Origin: Squalus acanthias
Lineage: Eukaryota
DNA: 64,000 bases
Reading direction: 5' to 3'
NCBI GenBank assembly: GCA_030390025.1
Contig: CM059433.1
Location: forward strand, 18,230,001 to 18,294,000
Below the pieces are notes generated by a model that saw only the letters and a list, made by a program, of their open reading frames with translations, was not told where the DNA came from and ran no database searches. Position 1 is the stretch's first letter. Each line of letters begins with the position of its first letter. Positions 26,915 through 39,812 of the stretch are shown piece by piece. Position numbers and translations under genes: made by a program.

Positions 26915-27341
26915 TATCCTGTTTATTCGTGTATTAATATTTCTCGTTTTGAGGTTGCTCCTTAGCTTGTAATACATTATATGTGTCGATGATTATTGAA
27001 ATAAAGAATAAAAGTTCCCTTTTTAACTGATATACAAATGATTGAATCTAACCTCTCCTTCACAACATTGAACACCGTGAGGAAAGTTACTTTACTAAAA
27101 GTTGTTGGGAATGAAATTATTGTAGAGAGCAATTGGCAAGATGAAAAGTGAACTTAACTTTAATGATTTGATCAAGCTCCACCTACTTTTTGTGCCTTGC
27201 TTTCATCGGCAAACTTTAATTCCCTTTGAACTGGAACATGAGCTGAAGTGTTCTGGAATAGTGGGATACAGAGTGGAAAATATGATTTTTTTAAATCATT
27301 AACAAGTGCATTGGAAATAGTTCCCATCATACCCTCCCAAT

Positions 27342-28160
27342 GGGGGGAATTTTAACCTACAAAAAACGGGTGGGTTTGGAGCGTGGCGGGTAGTTAAATT
27401 GTTAAAAATGGGATTCCCAACCTGAACCTGTCTCCAACCCGCCCATTTGCAATTTTAATGGGGACGGGGGGGGGGGGATGGGGGCGGGGGGGGGACGGGC
27501 GACCAACCTGCTCCCAGGGGGCGGAATGTCAATTTAAATATTATAATGAGGCGGGAAGCCTTTTTTTTTTAACCACCATTTTGCTTTTAACTGCATGTGG
27601 ACGGGTTTCACACAGTACGTGAAATCTGGCAGTTACAGCAAGACGGGGGAACTGCTGCATCCCGGAGGTAAGTGCCTTTATACCTACCTCCTGGATCCAG
27701 GGTCCCTGCCTAGCCCACCCCCCCGCAATCGGAGACCCCCTCATTACCCCCCCCCCCACCAATGATACTGAGGCCGGCCACGGTCTTCCCTTCACCACCC
27801 CGATCTTCCGGTGGCCACCCACAATCTTCCCTTCACACCCACCCCGCAACCAATCATCCAGCCCTGATCCTCTCTCTTTCTCCGCCTGACCCCCGATCCA
27901 TTTAGCGGCCCGGCCCGGATCCATCCATTTAACGGCCTGGCTTCCACGCGAACCCTTCCTTTCTGTTCTGTGCGGCCGCAGGCCTACCCGCCGCAGCCAG
28001 CCAGCGCCTCAGTCTGGGTGGCTGCGGGTAGGAAACCGAGTCCTCGCGTGCAAATCAGGCCCTGCCATTAAAGTCGGCAGGGCCTGCAGGAAACCCGGCC
28101 TCCCGGGTTTCCCGACTGCCTCGGAGACCCCCCGCCGCCTTTCTCCTTAACATTCCGGCC
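27342..28160. mobile_element. GC-rich MITE family B (PIF/Harbinger-like)
   Basis: Imperfect TIRs GGGGGGAATTTTAA / TTAACATTCCGGCC; AAT on both sides (27339-27341, 28161-28163). Confidence 0.6.
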
Positions 28161-28269
28161 AATCTCTCCCATTAATTGAAAATGCCACATTAACACGCTA
28201 TAGGACTTGGGCTGAAAACTGAAAATCAAGTTTATTAAGAAGTACCATTAAAATTGAAGCAGCCAGCAT

Positions 28270-28350
28270 AATACTGCGGATGCTGGAAATCTGAAATAAA
28301 AACAGAAAATGCTGGAAATACTCAGCAGGCCAGGCAGCATCTGTGGAGAT
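28270..28350 (-). mobile_element. Penelope family 2 terminal remnant
   Basis: AAAACAGAAAATGCTGGAAATACTCAGCAG...CATCTGTGGAGA matches about 10700-10752. Confidence 0.75.
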
Positions 28351-28351
28351 A

Positions 28352-28530
28352 AAATAGATTATCTGGCCATCATTACATTGCTGTTTGTGGGAGCTTGCTG
28401 TGCGCAAATTGGCTGCCACATTTCCAACATTACAACAGTGACTACACTTCAAAAAAATAAAGTTCTTCATTGGCTGTAAAGCGCTTTGGGACATCCGGTG
28501 GTTGTGAAAGGCGTTATATAAATGCAAGTC
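28352..28530 (+). mobile_element. Deu-SINE 3' fragment
   Basis: Matches the SINE 3' half at about 5490-5660. Confidence 0.8.
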
Positions 28531-28899
28531 AAGTGAGGGGAAATTTAGAAACCTAAAGAGAAAAGTCAAGGCAATGGAGCAGTGTAACGATTTAGGTAAA
28601 GATAAGCTGTGTGTGATGGGTAGGGACAGAGAGTTTAAAGGAAATCGTGCATCAGCGAATAAGATGAAAGCAGGGAATAATGGTAAAAGGTTAAAACTAA
28701 AGGCTCTACCAGAATGCACGACAGCATTCGTAACAAGGCATACGAATTAGTGGCACAAATAGTGATAAATGGGTATGATCTAATAGCCATTACAGAGACA
28801 TGGTTGCAAGGTGACCAGGGTTGGGAACTAAATATTCCAGGGTACTTGACTTATTGAAAAGACAGGCAGGGTGGTCGGTAGGGGAGGGGCGGGGGTTAG

Positions 28900-29899
28900 A
28901 ACCAGGCAGCATCCTGGTAAATCTCCTTTGCACTCTTTCCAATGCTTCCACGTCCTTCCTATAGTGAGGTGACCAGAACTGCACACAATATTCCAAATGT
29001 GGCCTCACCAAGGTCCTGTACAGTTGCAGCATAACCTCACGGTTCTTAAACTCAAACCCTCTGTTAATAAACGCCAACACACCATAGGCCTTCTTTACTG
29101 CTCTATCCACTTGAGTGGCAACCTTCAGAGATCTGTGGATATGAACCCCCAGATCCCTCTGCTCCTCCACGTTCCTCAGAACCCTGCCGTTGACCCTGTA
29201 ATCCTTATTCAAATTTGCCCTACCAAAATGAATCACCTCGCACTTATCAGGGTTAAATTCCATCTGCCATTTTTCGGCCCAGCTCTGCATCCTATCAATG
29301 TCTCTTTGCAGCCTACAACTGCCCTCCACCTCATCCACTACTCCACCAATCTTGGTGTCATCAGCAAATTTACTGATCCACCCTTCAGTCCCCTCCTCCA
29401 AGTCATTGATAAAAATCACAAACAGCAGAGGACCCAGCACCGACCCCTGTGGCACACCGCTGGTAACTGGTCTCCAGTCCGAAAATGTTCCATCCACCAC
29501 CACCCTCTGCCTTCTATGAGATAGCCAGTTACTTATCCAATCGGCCAAATTTCCCTCTATCCCACAACTCCTTACTTTCTTCATGAGACGACCATGGGGA
29601 ACCTTATCAAACGCCTTACTAAAATCCATGTATACGACATCAACTGCTCTACCTTCATCTACACACTTAGTTACCTCCTCAAAGAATTCAATCAAATTTG
29701 TTAGGCAAGACTTACCCTTCACGAATCCGTGTTGACTATCCCTGATTAAGTTGCCCCTTTCCAAATGGTCATAAATCCCATCCCTCAGGACCTTTTCCAT
29801 TATCTTACCAACCACCGAAGTAAGACTAACCGGCCTATAATTACCAGGGTCATTCCTATTTCCTTTCTTGAAGAGAGGAACAACATTCGCCACTCTCCA
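28900..29899 (-). mobile_element. Young CR1 internal RT fragment with open frame, inverted relative to 23746-24744
   Basis: 367-aa ORF 28790..29893; near-identical by eye to 23746-24744. Confidence 0.93.
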
Positions 29900-32186
29900 T
29901 GATAATTAAGGATGACATAAGGACAGTAGCGAGAAAGGGTCTTGGCTCAGAAGATCAGGAAGTAGAATCAGTATGGGTAAAGATAAGAGATAACAAGGGG
30001 CAGAAAACAGTGCTGGGAGTAGTTTATAAGCCACCTAACATTCGTTGTACCATTGGATAGAGTATTAATCAAGAAATAATAGAGCTTGTAACAAAGCTAA
30101 TACAATAATCGTGGGGGACTTTAATCTGCATATAGATTTGGCAAATCAAATTGGCAAGGGTAGTCTGGAGTTTCCTAGAACCATATGTCATGGAACCAAC
30201 GAGGGAACAGACTATTTTGGATCTTGTTCTGTGTAATGAGACGGTTAATTAGTAATCTCATAGTAAAGGATCCTCTAGGAAAGAGTGATCATAATATGAT
30301 AGAATTTCGCATCGAGAATTTCACATTCTTAAGTCCGACACTAGAGTCTTAAACTTAAACAAAGCCAATTACGTAGGTATGAGGGGCGAGTTGCTAAGGT
30401 AGATTGGGAAATTAGATTAAAAGGTATGCTAAAGTAGATAAGCAGTGGCAATCATTTAAAGAAATATTCCAAAATTCTCAATGAATATACATTCCATTGA
30501 GAAATAAAAATTCCATGGGAAAAATGATCCATCCGTGGCTAACTAAAGAAGTTAAGGATAATATTAGATTAAAAGAAGAGGCTTTATAATGTTTCAAAGA
30601 ATAGTAGCAAGCCTGAAGATTGGGAGAGCTTTAGAAACCAGCAAAGGATGACCAAAAATTGATGATAAGGGACAGAATAGAATAGGAGAGTAAATTAGCA
30701 AGAAATTTTAAAAACAGATTGTAAGAGCTTCTACAAGTATGCAAAAAGGAAGAGAGTAGCAAAAGTAAGTGTTGATCCCTTAGATGCTGAAACAGGATAA
30801 ATTATACTGGGGAACAAGGAAATGGCAGAGGCTTTAAACAAATATTTTGTATCTGGCTCCACGGTAGAAGACACAAAAAGCATACCAAAAATAGTGGAGA
30901 ACCAAGGGTCTAATGAGGGTGAGGAACTTAACGTAATTAATATCAGTGGAGAAAAAGTACTTGAGAAACTAATGGAACTAAAAGCCGACAAATGCCCTGG
31001 ACCTGATGGCCTAGATCCTAGGGTTCTAAAAGAGGTGACTGCAGAGATAGTGGATGCATTGGCTGTGATCTTCCAAGATTCCCTAGATTCAGGAAAGGTC
31101 CCAGAGGATTGGAAAGTCGCAAATGTAATCCCGCTATTCAAGAAAGGAGGGAGAGAGAAAACCGGGAGCAACAGGCCAGTTAGCCTGACATCAGTCGTCG
31201 GGAAAATGCTGGAATCCATTATTAAGGAAGTGATAATAGGGTACTTAGAAAATCATAATATGATTAGCAGAGTCAACATGGTTTTATGAAAGGGAAATCG
31301 TGTTTGACAAATTTATTAGAGTTTTTTGAGGATGTAACTAGCAGGGTAGATAAAGGGGAACCAGTGGATGTAGTAGTATATTTGGATTTCAAAAAGACAT
31401 AAAAGGTTGTTGAGCAAGATAAGGGGTTGGGGGTAAGGTATTAGCATGAATAAAGGATTGGTTAACAGACAGAAAACAGAGAGTAAGGATAAACGGGCAG
31501 ATTGACAGGCTGTAACTAGTGGGATGCCGCAAGGATCAGTGCTTGGGTCTCAGCTATTTACAATCTATATTAATGACCTAGATGAAGGGACCCAGTGCAA
31601 TGTATCCAAGTTTGCTGATGATACAAAGCTAGGTGGGAAAGTAAGCTGTGAGGAGGTCGCAAAGAGCCTGCAAAGGGATATAGACAGGTTAAGTGAGTGG
31701 GCAATAAGGTGGCAGATGGAGTATCATGTGGGGAAATGTGAGGTTATTCACATTGGTAGGAAGAATAGAAAAACAGAATATTTTTTAAATAGTGAGAAAC
31801 TATTAAATGTTGGTGTTCAGAGAGATTTGGGTGTCCTAGTACAAGAAGCACAGAGTTAGCATGCAGGTACAGCAAGCAATTAGGAAGACAAATGGCATGT
31901 TGGCCTTTATTGCTAGAGGATTGGATTACAAGAGTAAGAAAGTCTTGCTGCAATTGTATAGGGCTTTGGTGAGGCCACACCTGGAGTACTGTGCACAGTT
32001 TTGGTCTCATTATTTAAGGGAGGATATACTTGCCTTAGAGGCGGTGCAACGAAGGTTCACTAGATTGATCCCTGGGATGAGGAGAGATTGAGTAGATTGG
32101 GCCTAGACTCTCTGGCGTTTAGAAGAATGAGAGGTGATCTCATTGAAATATAAGATTCTGAGGGGGACTGACAGGATAGATGTTGA

Positions 32187-32430
32187 TGATGCGGAGATGC
32201 CGGTGTTGGACTGGGGTGGACAAAAGTGAGAAGTCGCACAACACCAGGTTATAGTCCAACAGTTTTATTTGAAACCACAAGCTTTCGGAGCTGCTGCCCC
32301 TTCGTCAGGTGAAGTGAAGGGGCAGCAGCTTCACTTCACCTTCACTTCACCTGACGAAGGGGCAGCAGCTCCGAAAGCTTGTGATTTCAAATAAAACTGT
32401 TGGACTATAACCTGGTGTTGTGCGACTTCT
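32187..32430. mobile_element. Penelope family 1 pLTR fold-back mini-insertion
   Basis: Same tail and pLTR as 1255-1377; inverted arms; TSD CAGGATAGATGTTGA (32172-32186, 32431-32445). Confidence 0.9.
32347..32384 (+). ncRNA. Minimal hammerhead ribozyme (mirror copy at 32275-32312, minus strand)
   Basis: TCAC-CTGACGA-A-GGGGC-agca-GCTCC-GAAA-GCTT-GTGA. Confidence 0.75.
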
Positions 32431-34964
32431 CAGGATAGATGTTGAAAGGTTGTTTCCCCTGGCTGAAGAGTCTATAACTAGGGGGCATAGTCTCCGGATA
32501 AGTGGTTGACTTTTTAAGACTGAGATGAGGAGAAATTTCTTCACGGAGGGTTGTGAATCTTTGGAATTCTCTGCCCCAAAGTGCTGTGGATGCTCGGTCG
32601 TTGAGTATATTCAAGGCTGAGATAGATAGATTTTTGGACTCCGGATTCTTATGTTTTTACTAGCCAGGGATGCAGATTCGCTTGACCTCATTTTACATTT
32701 CATGTTATATAAATAATAGCTGTCCTCTGGAATCACTGGAATCCATTTTTGATAAATAACTAGGTGTTTGACAAATTAAAAATTCATTTGAAAGCATAGG
32801 CTGCAATCTTCTGGTTCTGTGCTCCTAGTGCACACCAGGCGTGCATATTTGAAAATTGTGCATCCCCCAGCTGATTTTCTGATCATTAAAGGTCAAAAAG
32901 ATTGGGTTGAGGGTGCAGTTTCTCTATCAATTGGAAAATCCAGACCTTTTATATAGAAATTCTGAAGGCCTGGAATGTGACAGACCGCTGATGTGTTGCA
33001 GCAACTTTAGAATAAGAAATGTCAAGAACTCCCATACCACTTTCCGATTTCAAATGGAAAGTGTTTTTAATGTAAAACATCTGCCTTTTCATGATCAGGT
33101 ACGGTTTCAGCTTTCATGCTTTGAAGTCCAGCATTGGTATTTTGACATTCTTCAGTGGGTTATGATATTAAGCCCTTTCTTATGTGGGTTTTAGTTAAGT
33201 TTTGTATATTTTTTAAATGGTACATCTCGACAGTCTAAACGAAAGATGTGTAATATGCCTGGAAGCCATCTAGTATTAGTAAATATAAAACTTGTCTATA
33301 ATGTGCTCTGTTTAAGATTCATTGCTTGATCCCTGCCAAACCTCAAATGACATTATCCTGATACTTTTAATAGTTTGAGATTACCACATGGATGCATAGA
33401 TAGATCTACTGCAAGCAGCAAAGTGTTACTTCAAGTCATTGTGAAGAATGATGATGTGAAACCTAATTTTACTCTTGCAATATAGAGGTACAATGCAAAT
33501 CCCAATCTGCTGAAATGCCAAGCTATTAAGATTTCTATATTCTGGAGACATTTTCTGAATATTCAAGTTATGTAACCGTGCTGTCCCATGGCCAGTTACT
33601 ATTTGATAAAGTGCCACATTGTACTTTTCGGAAGAAAGCACCAACTTCTGTTGCACAACAAGTCGTATTGGACAAGTGTTTGCAAGCACAGGTCCTCCAT
33701 TAACCATTTTGTCGGACATAGTCTGCAGTTTTGATAGGAAAAGCCAGATGCGACAGATCAATCCATTTTACTGGCAAAGTAAATTTCATTTCCTACAAAG
33801 TAAGATCTCTACAAGTCTGACCTCTAATTCAAACGTGTAGCCTTTTGGCATTTTCATGATTTAAAAAAAAACTCTCTGGTTTATTTAGAATGGATATAGA
33901 TGTTTGTTGTGTCGGGAAGCATGTTGTGTGTCTTTGTATACTCAGCCGGTGGCTGAATTTTTAGCCTTCTGAAATGGCAGCAAGCGCTGCTCTATACTCT
34001 GCTTTTGACAGCATTTAAGAAAATAATAGCTTTTGTAGGCGTAGAGAAATTGCATATTCAAAGCACAATAGTTTAGTGAAAAAGCAAAGCAGCTGCCAAT
34101 GCAATTTTTCATTTTCCTTTGTCTCATTGAATGCAATCCTCAGTTGAAAGAAAACCATAATGCAGGGAAGGGGTGCACAAAATGGAACTGATTTTCAACA
34201 CACACACAGGGGTAATGAATCTTATTTTGAGCTAAGTAGTTCATACTGACCTTGACAAGTGGGATCTTCGTCATTTTAGGAATACCTATTGTACAGAGGC
34301 ATTTCTCCCCACTCTCTACTTACCACTTTTCTACTGTGGTATGTAAATTTTTTTCTTCCAAACTTGATTATTTCATGGGTCTTAATATGCAACGGATGGA
34401 TTTGTCTTGATCTATCCAAGTGAAACTCTGTCTGAAGGAGCAGATGTACCAAGATAAATTCATAGATGATGTTGGGTTTCTTCCTGGCTTCTCCACTGCA
34501 AAATTTGTTTTGTGTTCTCAGTTGAAGGATGAACAAAGAAATAGATTCCTTTTTTTTGCATGCATTCTCACCTTTTGAACTTTGACCCAGATGACCCTTC
34601 TGAAATCTTGGAAGAGGTCCAATTAAATTAAACAGCAGGACATCAGCCTATATTAACCTTTCTCACTAATTGCATTTCAAAGATGCCGTTTTTAAGGCCG
34701 TATCTTCCCCGGAACCATTGTTTTATAGAATATTTGTGTGTCTCTCTCTTTCTCTCTACGAACCCCCTCCCCACCCCCCTTTTTGGAATTCAGTCCCATT
34801 CCAGTTCTTTTTATAAGAATTGATTGCCACAGCATGGATTATATTTGCTGGGACTGTATACCATATATCAGTTACTCTGGGGTGAGGGGCCGTGGGGGGA
34901 ACATGGTTGGGGTCGGGGTTATCTTGCTTGATATTTGGTAATTTTGTACTTGTCCTTTTTAATT

Positions 34965-35180
34965 CTTTTATCGATCTAAGTTGAACAAAGCGGATAAATG
35001 TACCCAGTGCATGGGTCTCAAGCTTTTAAATACTTGAGTTGTATCCCTCTTTGATCTGCTTTTCTCTAAAGAAAACCAGTTCAGTATTGTGACCCTCATT
35101 TCACATTTTGGTTCTGCAGTCATTCTGGTTGCTCTGCTCTGAATCTTTTCCAGTGATCGGGTCACTGTTTAAACACTCCA
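34965..35180 (-). mobile_element. Old CR1 fragment
   Basis: LEKIQSRATRM...FSLEK..R.D...VFK. Confidence 0.6.
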
Positions 35181-36510
35181 GAGAATGTGTGGGGGGTAAT
35201 ACTCTATTTCTGTGACATAATTATTGTTCCTTACATCTTGCAGCTCAGAATCACTGTAATCTGGTATATCTTTGCAGTTTATATAAAATTGCTAAAGGTT
35301 AAGAGGTCACAAAATGGAATTTTGGGAAACTAGCTTGAATACTGATTGGTAAACTTTATAAAAAAAGTCCCCATCTCACTGTGGTCAGTGCCAACAAGGC
35401 AGGCTTTCTGTGTGAGACAAGGACTGTATTTCAGTGAATATGGATCAAGAGGTTACAAGTTGCCCTTTTATGATTTTTGCCTATGGCAGACATAGAGCAC
35501 TATAGAACACTATTTGATATTGAAATTTCATAACAATCAAACGGCAGCATAGATACAATGGACCTTTCTTTATGGGATGTGCTTTGAATTAGATGGGAAA
35601 TAGAAGACTAGAACAGGATGACTTGTCAATTATTTGGAGAAAATGCTAAGTCGTTATTCAGATTGCAGTAGGAAGGAGCCCATCTTGAGTCTGTACACCA
35701 TGGCTGCAGCTCTCATGTATACAGGTTTGTGTTTAGTTTTGACACTAATGTACATTTATTGAAATGGGGACTTATTGACCGTGTTGGTGTTGAGCCCTCG
35801 CTTGTTCCATGATTGTACTAAACGTGCGTATCAAATGTCATGTTCTTTTGCTGTTTGTAGGATGATAAATACTTGAATTTGCCTAATTGTATAAATAAGC
35901 AGTAAGCATGGATATTTGATGTAAATTATTTTCCCCACAGCAGTCGTCACTTATTGAACATTTTGGGATGAAGCTCAAAGACTCTCTTGTATTTAGTGCC
36001 AAATGTTGAACTAGTATAACTGGTGAAAATCTCCTCTTGGCTATTTACATTTTCATAGCTGGAACAGAGTTTGTGTGTGAACTGATTTTTTGTATGCTGG
36101 AACTCTGTGCTCGGATGCAGTACGCATTTATCTGAATTTGACCAATATTTAGTCTTCCAGATGCCATATTATATAAACCTTGAGCTGGTTAGGCAGTGAC
36201 GAGCATCGACTTTGTACATAATGTGTGTGTTTAATTTATTATTTAAATGTGGGGAAAGTGGAGGAGGCAAGAATGTTTTGCAAAGTGTTTGCACTGTTTA
36301 GGAACATGAAATAAATCTGTTTAAATAAATTGCTGAGCAGCATTTTCATTTAAATGCAACTTATTCCATACTCCATGCAGTTGCACAGATCTTTAATCCT
36401 TGTTCACCTAAGGATGAGAGTTTGCGTTCATTTTGGATTGGGGCTTTGATGCACTGAGTCTAAAATGTGGTTACTCTGATGGTCGGTTTCAAACGCTGGA
36501 GACCATTGCA

Positions 36511-36664
36511 GGGTGAAATTCAACTTTGAGGGCTCAAAGCGGGCGGCAGTTATCTATCTGTTTCCATTGAAGTCAACAGAAAGGAAAATTAGGCAGGGTG
36601 TATAACGGGCGGCCAATCCGCTAATGCTTGTTTTGTGCACCCGCAGAAGTTGAATTTCACTTCC
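36511..36664. mobile_element. Small MITE family C
   Basis: GTGAAATTCAACTT / AAGTTGAATTTCAC inverted ends around about 125 bp. Confidence 0.55.
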
Positions 36665-36833
36665 ATTGTCTTTGTTCCTGAGTAGGGAGAACAGCTTAAC
36701 AATTCTTTTCATCGTGATGATATCAGCTGTAGGCATTATAATGAATTTACGATACAGTGACCAATTTTGTGGCAACTGCATCATTTGTATCCTATTGTTG
36801 ACCGTCACGCTTACTTAACACTTGAGGATATAA

Positions 36834-37290
36834 GTCAGCCGTGGCTCAGTTGGTAGCACCCTCGCCTCTGAGTCAGAAGGTTGTGGTTTCAAGTCCCACT
36901 CCAGAGACTTGAGCACCTAACCTAGGCTGACACTTCAGTGCAGTACTGAGGGAGTGCTACGCTGTTGGAGGTGCCGTCTTTCAGATGAGGTGTTAAACCA
37001 ACCGCCCTCTCCGGTGGACGTAAAAGTTTCTGTGGCACTAATTCGAAGAAGAACGGGAGTTCTTCTGGTGTCCTGGCCAATATTTATCCTCAACCGACAT
37101 CAGTAAAGCAGATTATCTGGTGATTATCTCACTGCTGCCTGTGGGACCTTGCTGTGCGCAAATTGTCGGGCGCGTTTCCCTACACTACAACAGTGACTAC
37201 ACCTGAAAAGTACTTCATTGGCTGTGAAGCGCTTTGCGACCTCCTAAAGTCATGAAAGGCGCTATATGAATCCAAGACTTTCTTGTTCTT
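36834..37290 (+). mobile_element. Full-length Deu-domain tRNA-SINE
   Basis: A box, degenerate B box, Deu core, tail GAAAGGCGCTATATGAAT. Confidence 0.88.
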
Positions 37291-39034
37291 AAATTTGTGC
37301 CTGTTTCGCCCCTCAGTCCTGTGAATGAGGTGCCTGGTCACCTGGGCTGATGAGTCATCTCATCAGCTGATCATCGCTTCCTGGTTCTGGCAGTCAGCTG
37401 GAAAAAAATTATAGAGAATTTGTTGCTCTTAATGACATGACTAGGCCAAATTTTAAAGATTTATTGACCTGAATGGGTGGGGGGGGGGAACTGGCATTTG
37501 GAAATGGTTTGAGTCAGTTTTGCGCTGATGTTCAAACAGTTTCAAATTCGCTGGGGGATTGTTGGAAAATTAAAAAAAAATAGATCCGTTTTACTAAAAA
37601 AGACGTGTTAAATAAATGGTGAAATAAATTACACAGACACAAACTAATAGAAAGTGAAGGATAAAATAAATAGGAAAGGGAAAAAGTCTTTTTATACTGG
37701 TTCATTTTTAGTTTAGTATTTTTAAAGATGAATATTAATATTATTGTAGTAAAACTACTCCTGATATCTCTGTAGCAACATTACTGTGATAATTCTTCCA
37801 CCTGACGGTATGTAAGCTGAAATTTTTTTTTAAATAGCCAACGTAGAATTAATGGCACTGGAATTAAAACGGATTGTGGCATTGGCCCGTTCTCCTTTCT
37901 ATAGGTGAAGCTCCTTTTTATATGGCCACTTACTTTGCTTTTGTTTGTGCATTTATGCCACCATGGTGGCAGTCTTTTTATACGGATGTATTGAATAGAA
38001 GACTGGCCAACCAGAGGTGGCATGCCTGTCAGTGCTGCTTCTAAAAAGAAAAATCCACAAGCGAGTTTTATATCTTTTTCCTAATCCACGTGTTTAATTT
38101 ATTGATCCTCAAACATGGTTGTTTTCCCTTGAAAGTGTATTGAATCCTAAAACATCTTTACACTGACAATCCAATTCATGGGTAGCAAAGGCCTCGAACA
38201 GGTCACAAAGGCTCTGAGCAGCAGGAAGATCAGGCCGAAGCAAGGAGAAGCTCTGGCGTTTGCTGAAGCTGGCATGTTATTCCATTTGCCAGTAAGTGAA
38301 AGCTGGAAAATAACTTGCTGGTGTCCGAGCGGAATATTTTTAGCTTTGAGATTTGTCTCTGTTTTGCAATATAATTCACAGTAGTGTGCAAAAATTCTAC
38401 TCAAGTATTGTTAACTGTTTTTCCTGTGCTCGAAAAATGATGGCAATCTTTTTGAATGTGCATAGCTTCCGAGGGACTGCCTAAGAAGAAGATAGCTTAA
38501 AGTGATAAAATGTAGATTTGCCACATTTGTTCGCGCCAAGTATCCAAGTTGGGAGGGTGCTTCCACAATTGGCACTGAACATCAGTACAGACTAAACCCC
38601 TTCCCCAAATGGCATTCTCAGGCTCTCCCCTCTTGGTGCTCCTGCTGCAAGTGATTTGACCCCCCCCCCCCCCCGCAAAGGTGCTGATCCTGGCTCCTCC
38701 CCAGCCCCAAGTGCTGTTTCAACCCTTCGTGCAGTGACATTGGTCACTTATTGCAAGAGTGCCAGGAGGTAGGTGGGCAGTGTTTGGTGGGGAGGTAAGA
38801 ATGGAGAAACTCGGAGCATCACTTGTTGGACCAGAGAGGAAGGGAAAAAGTTTGGACCAGTGATCTCGGGAGAGGAGTGGTGCTTTAGGGATAAGAGAGA
38901 AGAAACTGGGAGTAGTACATTACATTCAGTGAGAGTGGCAGGGGTAAGAAGCCAGGAGTGGTGCTTTGTGGGGGGTCGGGGGAGGGGTGGTTGGCTGGCA
39001 GGGGGAAGAGGGAAGCAATAGCACCAACTGGGGT

Positions 39035-39120
39035 CTTTCATGACCTCAGGACATCCCAAAGCGCTTAACAGCCAATGAAGTACTTTTGAAGTGTAGTTAC
39101 TGTTGTAATGTAGGAAACGC
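39035..39120 (-). mobile_element. Deu-SINE 3' fragment
   Basis: Matches about 18665-18740. Confidence 0.7.
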
Positions 39121-39654
39121 ATTAAGAAATAAATCTGTTTGGCTCTCTAGATAACCATCGGCTCAATGGTGCCTGTTCTCTCTCTTTTTGTGCGCACTAA
39201 TGTTTTTACATGCTTTTTCTCTATTTTGGACAGCCAAAAGATACGAGCAGACAGTTCAATAATCACATTAGTAAGCATGCCAGGTATGCTTCCCTCCCCA
39301 CTCCTGATTGTGCCTCCCCTCTGGACTCTCCTTCCAATCCAGCCAATCTTGGTGCCTCCCAGGACCGGCAAGCAGCCTCTGGAGCCCTGACTGGCATCTG
39401 CAGCTCGCCGGTATTAAACAAGTGAGGCTGGCGGCCAAATTTCCTGTGGTCCTGCCACTGGTCTCCAGGCACGTGCAGTGCGCGCAGACCCGAGATTACG
39501 CCCAGTTTCTAGGCATGATCCAATCTCTCGGCCGAGATGGCCCGTTTCCTATCGCCTATTTTTTTTGGCCTGTCCTGAAAACTGATGGTCTAGCTTAAGA
39601 GCACATCTTGCATCCCATCAGGACAAGCTGTCCGAAGAAAGCTGTTTGCTTCAT

Positions 39655-39812
39655 ACGAACATACATAGGAATTAGGAGCAGGAGCAGGCCACTTGGCCCA
39701 TCGAGCCTACTCCGCCATTCAATAAGATCATGGCTGATCCGATTACTCCACATTCCCGCCTACTCCCGATAACTTTTCACCCCCTTGCTTACCAAGAATC
39801 TATCTACCTCAG
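39655..39812 (-). mobile_element. CR1 3' end
   Basis: Reverse complement of the CR1 3'UTR (GATCAGCCATGATC...CCTGCTCCT). Confidence 0.8.

Larger units (their letters stand above)
28680..32655 (+). mobile_element. Decayed CR1 ORF2 (endonuclease + RT) hosting two insertions
   Basis: NGYDLIAITETWLQ...ELNIPGY (endonuclease), GDFN, CPGPDG, PQGSVLG..KFADD, LEYCAQFW. Confidence 0.9.
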
